From an uncultured virus (IMG/VR IMGVR_UViG_3300025659_000005) (lineage: Duplodnaviria > Heunggongvirae > Uroviricota > Caudoviricetes), in the IMG/VR virus record IMGVR_UViG_3300025659_000005: 64,000 bases of DNA; one strand, 5' to 3'. The position numbers and the translations under genes are program-made. The notes under the pieces are model-generated. The model was not told the origin of the DNA, made no database searches, and saw nothing but the letters and a program-made list of their open reading frames with translations. Shown here piece by piece: positions 31,281-41,732 of this stretch; positions within the stretch are counted from its first letter, which is position 1, and each line of letters begins with the position of its first letter.

Positions 31281-32231
31281 AACTGATCCATGTGTTCAAG
31301 AAAGTCTATTATATCTTCATTAATTTTATTAATTGATGTTGGTATATTCTGACGCTCAATACCCACGTGGTATGTTTCAAAAATATATTCTAATATGTGT
31401 TCAATAGATTTATTTTGTTTTATTCCAAATAATAAACATCTACCAGTAAATTGTGACCAAAGATCTTCATCTTCATCATTGATCATAAATTTTGCATACG
31501 ATTGATTTGATTCTGTAAAATTTGTCATGATTTCTCCAAACAGTTGTTAAAATACATACTCACATATCACCTGTATTATTTTCAAATAAACCTACCTGTA
31601 TATTCAAAGTATTTTATCATATCTTCTTTAATTTCTTCAACAGTCGTTGGGAGTACATCATAATAAAGCATGCTATTAGTGTTAAAAATATATTCATGAA
31701 TGTATAACATAGGAATATTCATTATACTACCAATTAAGAAGCTTCTACCAGCAAATAAAGACAATCTTGGTTCATCTTCTATATTTTTGAAAAGAAATTG
31801 TTTTGCATGTATCATATCGTGCATTCTAGTGTTTATTTTCTGTATTCTCATACTTTCTAATTTTTTAAGTCTATTTTCATTCTTACTCTCTCTTATTCCA
31901 TCTGTTGTAAATTTTTCCTCAAATATTTCTCTTATACGTTTAACTTTATTCTCTTCCATGCTCATTAATCCTCCGAACGGTTGTTAAAATACATACTCAT
32001 GTCTTCATCCAAATCATCTTTATTAGTAGATATTTCCTCAAGACTAAAATTATGATAAGTTTCAAATATATATTCTAGAATATCTTTTATCTTTCGATTT
32101 TGTTTAACACCAACTAACACACAAAGACCTGTAAATTTAGACCATTCATTGATATCATAGTTGTCTAACATAAAGTCTACATACGATTTTTCATGATTAT
32201 TATAGTTGTTCATTTTCTCACCAATAAACAT
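31277..32231 (-). CDS. Three tandem paralogous small proteins (31277-31528, 31582-31965, 31965-32231)
   Basis: Shared FxGxxxLxG...xxEYIF...EDxxxxx pattern. Confidence 0.7.
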
Positions 32232-32455
32232 TCTTCTGGTTGGGGGAATTCAACATCTCTAGAATTAATCAATGTTCTTTTATCAACAGATTTTACTTGA
32301 TGTGGTCCATAAGCTCGAAAATTACCTATGTGAGTACCTTTAATAAATACTTTTTGACCTTCACATACATTATCCCAAGATATACTTTCAAAATCATATT
32401 CGTTATTCATATCATTCTCCTTTTAAATTTTAAAAAAATAATCTAGATATTATTA

Positions 32456-32483
32456 TATTATTTCTATATAAAAAAAGAGAAAA
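32456..32483 (-). promoter_or_regulatory. Conserved promoter-like motif (copy 3)
   Basis: ATATAGAAATAATA core; preceded on the minus strand by hairpin ATCCGGGA/TCCCGGAT (about 32492-32511). Confidence 0.7.
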
Positions 32484-32829
32484 TATAATTTATCCGGGAT
32501 CTCTCCCGGATAAATATTAAAGGTTTAACCCTGATTATAAAGTGCTGTTGTCTCTAGACATTTTTTACAAAAGTACACAGCGACTGCACAGCAGTCATGG
32601 AGCCAATAATCTCCTCCACTACCACCTTTATTATCATGTAAGTCACATACGTATTGTGCAAAATCTCTTGGATATATTACATCATCTTTCTTTGTCATTG
32701 CTTCATGAGCAACAAATCCGATTCGTGCCTCTCCGTCACACCGACAACATGGTGTCATTTCTGGAAATTCATCTTGCCAACTCTTTTCTAGTCCTTCTTT
32801 ACCTAGTGTTATTTCCATGTGTTTTCCTT

Positions 32830-33105
32830 TCCAGATCTTACGCCAGTTTTAGTCCAATATATAATCATCAGAAAATTTAAGCAACTTATCAGAAATTAAT
32901 CTTATTGTTGCTTTTACATCATTTTCAACAGGTCGAAGGACAAGTTCTTTGTAATCATTAAAAGTTCCTCGATCACCATCATGTGAAGATACAATTTCGT
33001 TTTTCTTTGCAATTATATCTCCAACTTTAAATGGAGTCTTGGAATCTATTTCCATAAATACTCTCATAACTATCTTCTCCAGATCTTGCGCGACGTTTTA
33101 GTCCA
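32830..33105 (-). repeat. Two gene-junction repeat copies (32830-32856, 33078-33105) bracketing a 72-aa ORF
   Basis: GGACTAAAACTGGCGTAAGATCTGGA and GGACTAAAACGTCGCGCAAGATCTGGAG. Confidence 0.8.
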
Positions 33106-33595
33106 TGTTTTGAGTTTTAAGAAACGTTCTCCATTTAAAACCGTCTAAAAGTAAACCATCAATTTTATCAGACATTTCTTTAATTTGACGTTGACTGAGT
33201 TCAACATACTCATCTTTATTTTTTTTGGGATTGTGTTTAAACATTAAGGAGATATTGTACAAACATCATTCATCCTCACTTTCTTCAATAATTTTAATCT
33301 TCCCACCACAAAAAGGACAATAGACCCAAAATAGTTTATCTCGATCATACCAAAGAGCATCACCAGTACAACTAATAAGTACTACATCTAATCCAAATTC
33401 ATCTTCAACTATTTCATGTTCACATTCTCCATCTCTAGCAGCTAACGTTGTTGATAAAATTTCATCAATCTTATTCATTTGTTCATAGAGAAAACCACCA
33501 ATACGTGTTCTTTCTTTGAACCACTTATGCATGCGATCATTTTGTTCTCTTACTCTTTTTATATCAATTTCCATTTAAAAAATCCTTATTGTTTT

Positions 33596-33672
33596 TGGTG
33601 GACCCTGGAGAATTCGAATCTCCGACCTTGATATTATGAGTATCCTGCTCTAACCAACTGAGCTAAGGGTCC
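33596..33672 (-). tRNA. tRNA with CAU anticodon (probably Ile2; Met possible)
   Basis: GGACCCTTAGCTCAGTTGGTTAGAGC...CTCATAA...TTCGAAT...GGGTCCACCA; closely resembles bacterial tRNA-Ile2. Confidence 0.88.
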
Positions 33673-33843
33673 ATTTAATATTTATTCATCCTTATCTGAA
33701 AAGGATATATCACAAAAGGATCTATCCATCCAAGTTCCACCGCCGGATACTTTGTATCCAAGTTGTTCCAGACATTCTTCAATTTCGTGTCTTTTTGATG
33801 GTTCTAGAGCCGGTGTGATTTCTAAAGAATATTCAGTCATTTC

Positions 33844-34659
33844 TTATCCCTTTCTAAACTCATCGATAGTTTTACCTCTAATACACTCTCCTAGTTCCCA
33901 CACATAGTCATAAATGTGTAAACCACAGCTCGACGCAATAGTTTCACCAGGATCAACACCAATTTCTGTAGCCATATATTCTTTCATCATTTGAATGGCA
34001 CCAAGATTGGCAGGAAATCCATTCCATAAATCCCAGCTCCTAAAATAAACGATAAAATGTAATTTGTTATCTTGAACTCTAACCTGAATATGTCTAAGAC
34101 ATGGAGGATCTTGACGCAACATGTCTGATGGTTTAGCTACTTGTAAAACCATTTGATTATTACGAAATCCTTTATTTTTGTAAGTCCAGATAACCAACAC
34201 AATCTGATTAAGATAATAACCAAATTCATCTTTAAAAATGATATTATTATCTTTCCAAATATTCCAAATTTCATCTTCTTGAATCAGTATATCTTTATAT
34301 ACTAATTTATATTGATGAACAAAATCTGAAGGGATTTGATACTTTGTTAATCGTTGACCGTAAGTATAACTTTCTCCTTCTTTCACTTCTCCAGTCATAA
34401 GATAAGGTAAATATTCTTCTAAATACCCTTCTTCAACAGGATTAGGCATATTATACTGTGCTGGAATTTGTGGTAATAATGGTCTTATTTCTGGATGTTT
34501 AATTTGAATAGTAATATAATCAAATTCCAGTCTTTTTTGTCCAGCATAAGATCCCCTATCAATAGTAAATCCTCTTCCAGTTTCAATACATTTATAAACA
34601 GTTTGAAACCATGCATCAGGTAAAGTAGTCGCTGTAATTGTTTCTAAATTATAAGACAT
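33844..34659 (-). CDS. thyA: Thymidylate synthase family protein
   Basis: YTYGQRL, DPPCL, FRSWDLWNGFPAN and LHIY. Confidence 0.85.
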   Translation of the reverse strand: MSYNLETITATTLPDAWFQTVYKCIETGRGFTIDRGSYAGQKRLEFDYITIQIKHPEIRPLLPQIPAQYNMPNPVEEGYLEEYLPYLMTGEVKEGESYTYGQRLTKYQIPSDFVHQYKLVYKDILIQEDEIWNIWKDNNIIFKDEFGYYLNQIVLVIWTYKNKGFRNNQMVLQVAKPSDMLRQDPPCLRHIQVRVQDNKLHFIVYFRSWDLWNGFPANLGAIQMMKEYMATEIGVDPGETIASSCGLHIYDYVWELGECIRGKTIDEFRKG

Positions 34660-35552
34660 TTATTTCTCCTAGTTTATAACAATTTTAAACATCTATTACA
34701 TCTACATCCTCTTCTTTTTTTTGAGTGTCCAAAGAAATAACATATCCATTTCCCAATAGTCATTTTTAATTCAAATTCCCAGTATCCAATTTTTGTAGAT
34801 TTCATGTATTATCCATTAGATTTCTTCTAAATAAAAATTTATAACTAAGTAGATTACTTTCTTGTAAAAACTTTTTCACCTGCGAAAACACTTATTGGAA
34901 TAGGTACCCAAAACTTTGAAAATACTATAACATGATCTTTAACAGCTTCAGGACCAAGAGCAGGTGCATCATTTATCGCTGATGTTAAATATTCTTTATC
35001 TCTTTCTACTTTGAATATTTGTCCTGATTCATCTTTCACTTCAAAATCTTCAATACATATTCTATTAAAAGTTTTCATTATTTTCACTTATCCTCTTTCT
35101 AATTATGGATAGTTATAAAACCAATCACCGGTGCTTAACATTCCAATTGGTGGGTATGTCGAAAACATTTTAGCAAGGCACATAGAACAACAAGGACCTT
35201 CTGCTACATATTGTACCACTAGTGCTGTCGACAAATCTCTTTTACAGAAGAAGCAACATTGAGTGTTATCTGATGTGTTCATTATTCACCTATTTATATT
35301 ATTTTAACTATTATTTTTACAAGCTATACACTTACAAGATTTTCTATCATAATTTTCAGTTGGTATTGTGAAATTCTCTGTCCACTGAGCTGTCTTTGAT
35401 ATTCTAAAATCACTAATAAACCCTATGAACATTAAAGCGAAATTAAAGTAGTTAAAACATACACCATCTCTTATAACTTCATGATAGATGTTATTATCTT
35501 TTATGTGTATGTTGATTTCTATGTTCATCATTCCACCCCCTAAATATTATTT

Positions 35553-35667
35553 AAACTTGCTTAGGTGTGTTATTACACCAAAGGCAACTGTCTTCTTTCA
35601 TACAGTTTAATTTAACGCCACTCCTTAGAGGATGCCTACTTTTAGGGCCACCTTCCTAAGCAAGTTT
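35553..35667 (-). ncRNA. Intergenic structured element closed by a 13-bp stem
   Basis: AAACTTGCTTAGG/CCTAAGCAAGTTT with internal hairpins; loops AAAAGTAGGCA and TGTAA echo copy A. Confidence 0.45.
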
Positions 35668-35670
35668 TTA

Positions 35671-36243
35671 TCAACTATTATTCATTTCTAAAACATATAA
35701 ATATCCAACATAAGCAAGAATATCAGTACAATATTTACTCATATCACTATTAACTTCACCAACATACTTCTTCAATGCTTCTCGAAGATCTCCTGTCTCT
35801 TCGTAATACTTGTTGAAAATATAGTTGATGACTAAGATATTTTTCTTCCAATCATAAAGATCTCGAGCTTCATTAACACCGAACTGTTTGATTTCATCTT
35901 TCCAAATATCGTATGTAATTTGTCCAAGACCATATACTTTGGTATCTTTACGATAAGAGAAAATCTTAAAGTTTGATTCTCTCATAATTATACCATGAAT
36001 CAGATGAGGATATTTACAATTCTCATAAATAAACTCTGAAATTTCTTTTGCTGTAGATTTAGGCAAAATGGACTTACTATAAATCCAATCAACTAGGTCT
36101 GTTGAAACTGTTTCTGGTTTAGGTTCAACTATAACAGTTTCTTTAATTTCTTGAACATTAGCTTCAGCACTAGGATCTTCTAGTTTAAATTCATTACATC
36201 CACTAAAACTAATCATAATAATTAATATCAAGAACATTCTCAT
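35671..36243 (-). CDS. Lytic transglycosylase (SLT) with lipoprotein-like signal
   Basis: RESNF, GLGQI and ALKKYVG; N-terminal FSGC lipobox. Confidence 0.8.
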   Translation of the reverse strand: MRMFLILIIMISFSGCNEFKLEDPSAEANVQEIKETVIVEPKPETVSTDLVDWIYSKSILPKSTAKEISEFIYENCKYPHLIHGIIMRESNFKIFSYRKDTKVYGLGQITYDIWKDEIKQFGVNEARDLYDWKKNILVINYIFNKYYEETGDLREALKKYVGEVNSDMSKYCTDILAYVGYLYVLEMNNS

Positions 36244-36572
36244 TTTGTTTCTCCTTTAATCAATTTACCAAAATTATATTCAAAAACAACATTATCTGGT
36301 ATAGGTTGTTGATTAAACATTGAACTCATTTCTCTAGCGCTATATCCATTGAAACTAGTCTTGTCTGGGTTTAATCCAGAATAAGCAATTAAAAAATTAA
36401 ACTCAGAATTCTTTGAACATTCTCCATAAAGTTTGTTAATGTTAGAAATTATTTGTACTTTCGAAAGACTCCTTTTGGCTCCAGGTTTAGTAACTGTTGG
36501 TAAAGCATAACTCCATCCAGAATATCCTTTCTGGAGACCTTCACCAATACCTTTCTTGAACGTTTTAAAATA
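36240..36572 (-). pseudogene. 5'-truncated macrodomain-like phage gene remnant
   Basis: About 110 open codons (GIGEGLQ...SYALPT...NGYSAREMSSMF...IPDNVVF) with no upstream ATG; the frame runs into the promoter motif. Confidence 0.55.
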
Positions 36573-36584
36573 ATAGATATACTT

Positions 36585-36612
36585 TATTATTTCTATATAA
36601 AAATAGAGAAAA
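36585..36612 (-). promoter_or_regulatory. Conserved promoter-like motif (copy 4)
   Basis: TTTTCTCTATTTTTATATAGAAATAATA; adjacent ACTCCAG/CTGGAGT hairpin. Confidence 0.7.
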
Positions 36613-37558
36613 TAAAATTACTCCAGCTACATAATTGTAACTGGAGTATCTTGATTTGACCTACTTTTCCCAATTAAATTTTGGGCGCTTTTTAGTATTT
36701 AGCTTTAAATGTCTTTCAATACCTTTAACATGAAATAGTGGATCATTCTTTTGACAATTTTTTACAGGATCAATGTCTTTACTCTTAAGATACATCAGTC
36801 CTCTTTTTCTTTTTAGTTTTGACAGTTGTCTCTTTTCTATTGTTCCTACTACAGGAATCGCATGTGCTTTTTTCATCAGTTTCTCCTAGTTCTTTAGATT
36901 TAGTTTCAATTTCTTCTTCAAACTCTAGATTTAAATGTTCAACAATACTCATTGATTCATAATCTAGAAATTTATGATACTTCTGGCAATGATAAGCATT
37001 TATATATATTACTAAAGGGATTGGTTCTTCAATATCAAAATTAGAATTTAATTTATGTAATAGTGGTGTCACATTTGATAGCATTTTCATTCTGTTAGAA
37101 AATGCAGCACATTCGGGTCCAATACAATTTCCTTGAACTTCGGGACAAAATTCAATAACTTCGTCTTGTATTTGCATAATATTACCTTTATTTTGTATAA
37201 TAACAAGATCCGTCTCTTGTATAACCTTTAAGTTTTTCATCTTGTTGATTAAGAAGATCTCTAAATTCAACAAAGTATCTTTCTTCTAGTTTATGATGAA
37301 GAATACTTGAAATAATTAAAATACCAGAAACTCTATCACATAAACATTCAATATTTGAATTATCATGGTCTCTTGCATATATTCTCAAATGATGTGTTAC
37401 ATTCATAATTTTCTCCTTTATCAAGAGGTATAAATCCTTTGATTTTTAGATTACCTGGATCACCATACTCTCTTCTTTTTGCTTCGTATTCTTTTCGAAG
37501 TTCTTCAATTGATTTTTCCATTATGCTCCGTTAAGTACTTAACACAATTATGTAAAAT

Positions 37559-39484
37559 CTATACACTCAAAATTTTACAGTGACTATTGATTTCATTTAA
37601 AAATCTACTTCTTTTCCCACTAAAACTACAAGTTCTTTTCTCAACCGTTGTCATATTTAATATTTCTTTACTGCGTGTTGTCGCAACATAGAATAATCTT
37701 CTTTCTTCTTCAAGATGTTTTGTTGTTTTTAATTCACAATCAGACTTTAATGATTTCCAGTGAGGGAATAATCCATCTTCTAATCCAATAATAAACACTA
37801 TTTTAAACTCTAAACCTTTTGCCGAATGAACTGTCATTAGTTTGACTTTTTCAACATTATTGTTTTGATCTTCTGATGTCATTAATGAACTTTCATTTAT
37901 AAAATCTGATATAGTTTGAAATTTACTAGCAAATTTAAGTAATTCATTAATATTTTCTTTACGATCTACATAATCTTCATCATCTACAGACATTGATCTT
38001 AATTCATCATCAAAATTAATTTCTTTTAAAATTAGATTTATACTATCTGATGGATTGTTATCAATTATACTTAATATGATTTTATAATATTTAGATATGT
38101 TTTGATAAATTCGAGAATTGATTTTTGTACTATATGTAAAGTTTTTAATTTTTCGTATAACATTATCACCAGTTTGATTTAAAATTTTTTGTATTGTACC
38201 TTTTCCAATACCACGTTTAGGAACATTGATTGATCTAGCAAAAGCTTCTGTATCATTAATGTTAAATGCAAATTTAATATAAGCCATTATATCTTTAATT
38301 TCTCGTCTTTCAAAGAAAGCAACTGATCCTATAATGGTATAAGGTATTCCTAAATTCGTTAATGCTTTTTCGATTGCTCTAGATATAAATTTAGCTCGAT
38401 ATAGTATAGCGATATCATCAAATGTACATTTAATTTGATCAACATAATATAAGCAAATTTTTGCAATATTATCGGCTTCAAGTTCATCATTTTTAAATTT
38501 AATTATAATAGGTTTAATATCTGATATAATATTAGAATAACAAACTTTTGGAATTTGATTTGTGTTTTTCTTAATAATATCATTAGACATGTTAACTATA
38601 TTAGTTGAAGATCTATAATTTTCTTCTAATTTAAATAATTTAGAGTCTTCGATTTTATCTTTAGCATCTATAAAAAATTCTGGTTTAGCGCCGCGCCATC
38701 CAAAAATAGATTGGAAATCATCCCCAACTATGGTTAGATTTTTACAACAATCAGTTAAATTTATAATAATTTGGTATTGAGTGTTATTAATATCTTGAAA
38801 TTCATCAACTAGAATATATTGAAAATAGTTTTTATATTCATTTTTAAATTCTTCATCAGTAATTAATAAATGAAGTGTATAAAATAAGATGTCATCATAA
38901 TCAATAGCGTTATTTCTTTTTAAAACATAACGATATTGATTAAATATATCAATTAATATTTCACGATCATGTTGAAAGATTGGTAAAAGTTCTTGTTGTA
39001 TGATTTCGTATTTTTTAAGTCTTACTTTATTTATATATTCATGAGGATCTGTATTATCTTTAGCGTCTGAAATTAATTTAGATAAAGGCATTGTAAACTT
39101 TTTAGCATTTAATTTATGACCTATTAAAATTTCTCTAATTATTTTTCTTTGTTCGGAAGCAGAATAAATAGAAACATTTTCTAAATAATTTATTTTATGT
39201 ACATATGGTTTTAACATTTGAAGACAAGCGGAATGTATAGTACGAACCCATTTAATATCCCACCAGTTAACATTACTAAATTTAATAATTCTTTCTTTAA
39301 GTTCTGTAGCTGCTTTATTTGTAAAAGTAAAACATAATATTCTTTCTGGATTATAGCCTTTATTTACAAGATACATAAACTTATTTATTAGTGTAAATGT
39401 TTTACCACTTCCCGCACCGGCAGATATTATGCAAGGACCATCTAAATATTCAATTGCATTTTTTTGTGTTAAAGAAGGTTCCAT
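37559..39484 (-). CDS. uvrD: UvrD/PcrA SF1 helicase
   Basis: AGAGSGKT, TFTNKAA, VDEFQD, VGDDFQSIFGWRGA, NYRS, TVHSAKGLEF and EERRLFYVATTR. Confidence 0.95.
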   Translation of the reverse strand: MEPSLTQKNAIEYLDGPCIISAGAGSGKTFTLINKFMYLVNKGYNPERILCFTFTNKAATELKERIIKFSNVNWWDIKWVRTIHSACLQMLKPYVHKINYLENVSIYSASEQRKIIREILIGHKLNAKKFTMPLSKLISDAKDNTDPHEYINKVRLKKYEIIQQELLPIFQHDREILIDIFNQYRYVLKRNNAIDYDDILFYTLHLLITDEEFKNEYKNYFQYILVDEFQDINNTQYQIIINLTDCCKNLTIVGDDFQSIFGWRGAKPEFFIDAKDKIEDSKLFKLEENYRSSTNIVNMSNDIIKKNTNQIPKVCYSNIISDIKPIIIKFKNDELEADNIAKICLYYVDQIKCTFDDIAILYRAKFISRAIEKALTNLGIPYTIIGSVAFFERREIKDIMAYIKFAFNINDTEAFARSINVPKRGIGKGTIQKILNQTGDNVIRKIKNFTYSTKINSRIYQNISKYYKIILSIIDNNPSDSINLILKEINFDDELRSMSVDDEDYVDRKENINELLKFASKFQTISDFINESSLMTSEDQNNNVEKVKLMTVHSAKGLEFKIVFIIGLEDGLFPHWKSLKSDCELKTTKHLEEERRLFYVATTRSKEILNMTTVEKRTCSFSGKRSRFLNEINSHCKILSV

Positions 39485-39493
39485 TTTAATTCC

Positions 39494-40066
39494 TTATTGC
39501 GTTTCATAACTAGATCTAAGTTCATCTTCTTCTTTAAGTTTTTGTAAAGCGCGATTTTTTATTTGTTGTATTCGTTGTCTGCTACATTCATAATCCCTAC
39601 TAATTTCATTAAGTGTACACTTATCTTCATCATTTAATCCAAATCGTCGATTAATAACATCTTGTTCTACTTTTGTTAAACGTGAGACAACATCATTCAC
39701 TAATTTACAATTTTCTTCTAATACAATTTGATCGTATGGTGTCTTTTGTGATGAAGTAATTTGTTTTATCTCTTCAAAATCTGCTTCAACTTCTGCTTTA
39801 TTAATTTCTAAAGGATTTATTAAATGTTGTGGTGGAAACAGATCTTCTGGTAAAACTTTTAAAGTCTTAGATATTTTTAATACATCTTTTTTAAAAGTAC
39901 CATCTAGATTATAAGCTGGTTTTTTTAAATTTAAAAAATAACTTATTGGTGTTTGACCAACATTTGATGCTTTTGAAAGACTTGCACCACTATAAAATCC
40001 AGCTTTCTCCATTGCTTTTAACATATAATTATTTTTGATTTTTACTGTAATTCTATAATCTTTCAT
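39494..40066 (-). CDS. HTH plus sigma70 region 4 domain protein
   Basis: RFGL...TLNEISRDYECSRQRIQQIKNRALQKL, with an N-terminal XRE-like HTH. Confidence 0.75.
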   Translation of the reverse strand: MKDYRITVKIKNNYMLKAMEKAGFYSGASLSKASNVGQTPISYFLNLKKPAYNLDGTFKKDVLKISKTLKVLPEDLFPPQHLINPLEINKAEVEADFEEIKQITSSQKTPYDQIVLEENCKLVNDVVSRLTKVEQDVINRRFGLNDEDKCTLNEISRDYECSRQRIQQIKNRALQKLKEEDELRSSYETQ

Positions 40067-40115
40067 AATTTAATTTCACTAATTATTTTGTACATTTAAT
40101 CTGTGTCTCCTGTTA

Positions 40116-40154
40116 AAAATTACTGGTGACTTGGTATATGCTCACCAGTAATTT
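40116..40154 (-). terminator. Intrinsic terminator downstream of RNA copy B
   Basis: AAATTACTGGTGA/TCACCAGTAATTT plus T-run on the minus strand. Confidence 0.7.
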
Positions 40155-40159
40155 ATAAA

Positions 40160-40390
40160 TCTTGGTAGGCGGGACGTTACTCCCACTAGTGGTATTTTTC
40201 TGCTTAATAGCTTTCAACAGAGCTCTCACCCCTCAGCTACTGGTGCTTAACCATTCACGCTGTATGTGTGCCTTGCGTGGTCCTGGTGCAGAAGGTCTCT
40301 AACCGAAGTGGACTAAACTCTAGCTCAACCACCATCACCGGTGCTGTAACCTAATGGCATGTCTACGATTTCATCATGCTACTACCAAGA
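40160..40390 (-). ncRNA. Structured tRNA-mimic-like RNA, copy B
   Basis: TCTTGGTAG/CTACCAAGA closing stem, GCATG-ATGAAATCGTAGA-CATGC, and GTGGG-AGTAACGT-CCCGC; a GC-rich intergenic island. Confidence 0.65.
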
Positions 40391-40395
40391 AAATT

Positions 40396-41730
40396 CTAAA
40401 GATATTCATCAATAATTTTACATGAGAATTCATCTGAAATTACTTTACGCTTCATTCTTATTTCTGGAACAGTAAAACCAGGTACAGAAAGATCGGCAAG
40501 ATCTATTACAACTGGATTTAATTTGTTTAAATCTCTACGTAAAATTCGACCTACAACTTGTATCAATGACTTTTTTCCAGCTAAAGGACAAGCTAAAATT
40601 AAACAGCTTAATTCTTTGTAATCAAAGCCCTTCCCAGCATAAGAATATGTCGCCACAAGCACTTTTTCTTTGTAAGTAATTTCACGTTGATCTCCATAGA
40701 ACATTGTATTTTCTATTCCACGCTCAGTTAACAATTCAGATATTGTAGTTACTTGAATTTTTGTGAAACACAAGATCATAATTCTATGACCTTCAGTTAC
40801 CATCTTACGTGCTTGATTAACAATTATATTTAGATAATTAGGGCTACTAACAATAACTTTATTATAGAACGATTTCTTTCTAAGATAATCATTCATTTGA
40901 TTCATTACATATATTTTCTTATTATCTAATTCACTCTTGTAATTGATCAAGCGGTATTCAGGTTTAGTATCATAATTTTTTGAATCTGAAATTATTTCAC
41001 CAACTGAATTTTTCATCAGTATTTCTGCAAATCCAGTTTGAAATGGTGTAGCTGATAGTCCAACTATATTTTTTGTTCTAAACAATAACGACACCTTTGA
41101 GAAAACCGGAGCTGAACTAGTAGCATGAACTTCATCATAAATTACTAGACCTATTTTAGCTTTATCAATTATTTTAAAATTTTCTTGTATATTTGATTTC
41201 ACTTTTCGAAGTAAAGTCTGAGCCATACCAATAATAATATCTTTGTCTACTCCAAAAGCTTTCTTTTGAATTATACCAATATCTTTAGTACTAAAATTTG
41301 TGAAGTCGAGTATGGCTTGGATCCATTGTTTCATAAGATTTTGATTATCTACAATAATCAATGTTTTAATTTTAAGTTGGGCTGCTAAATATATAGCCAT
41401 AACTGTTTTGCCAATTCCAGGTCTTGCTTTGACAATTCCATTCAGACAATCATTAGCGTTATATGATTTAGCTAAAATATTTATTATACTTACTTGTTCA
41501 TCTCTCAATTTACCTGTGAATTCAATATTTTTAATCTCTGCTGGTTGAAATTGATCTTGATTACCACTAAATATTTGTAAATGCTTATTAGGATAATTTT
41601 TTGCAAAAAGTCTTGGTAAGAAATAAGCATCATCAGTCTCTAGTAATATAAGTTCTTCTGCAAAGTCTCCTAACATCTGGTATTGATTTATAAAATCATC
41701 ATAAGATTCTTTCTTAATAAATGTCCACAC
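40396..41730 (-). CDS. SF2 helicase (UvsW-like)
   Basis: LRDEQ, PGIGKT, DEVH, GLSATP and QVVGRILR. Confidence 0.9.
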   Translation of the reverse strand: MWTFIKKESYDDFINQYQMLGDFAEELILLETDDAYFLPRLFAKNYPNKHLQIFSGNQDQFQPAEIKNIEFTGKLRDEQVSIINILAKSYNANDCLNGIVKARPGIGKTVMAIYLAAQLKIKTLIIVDNQNLMKQWIQAILDFTNFSTKDIGIIQKKAFGVDKDIIIGMAQTLLRKVKSNIQENFKIIDKAKIGLVIYDEVHATSSAPVFSKVSLLFRTKNIVGLSATPFQTGFAEILMKNSVGEIISDSKNYDTKPEYRLINYKSELDNKKIYVMNQMNDYLRKKSFYNKVIVSSPNYLNIIVNQARKMVTEGHRIMILCFTKIQVTTISELLTERGIENTMFYGDQREITYKEKVLVATYSYAGKGFDYKELSCLILACPLAGKKSLIQVVGRILRRDLNKLNPVVIDLADLSVPGFTVPEIRMKRKVISDEFSCKIIDEYL

Positions 41731-41732
41731 AG

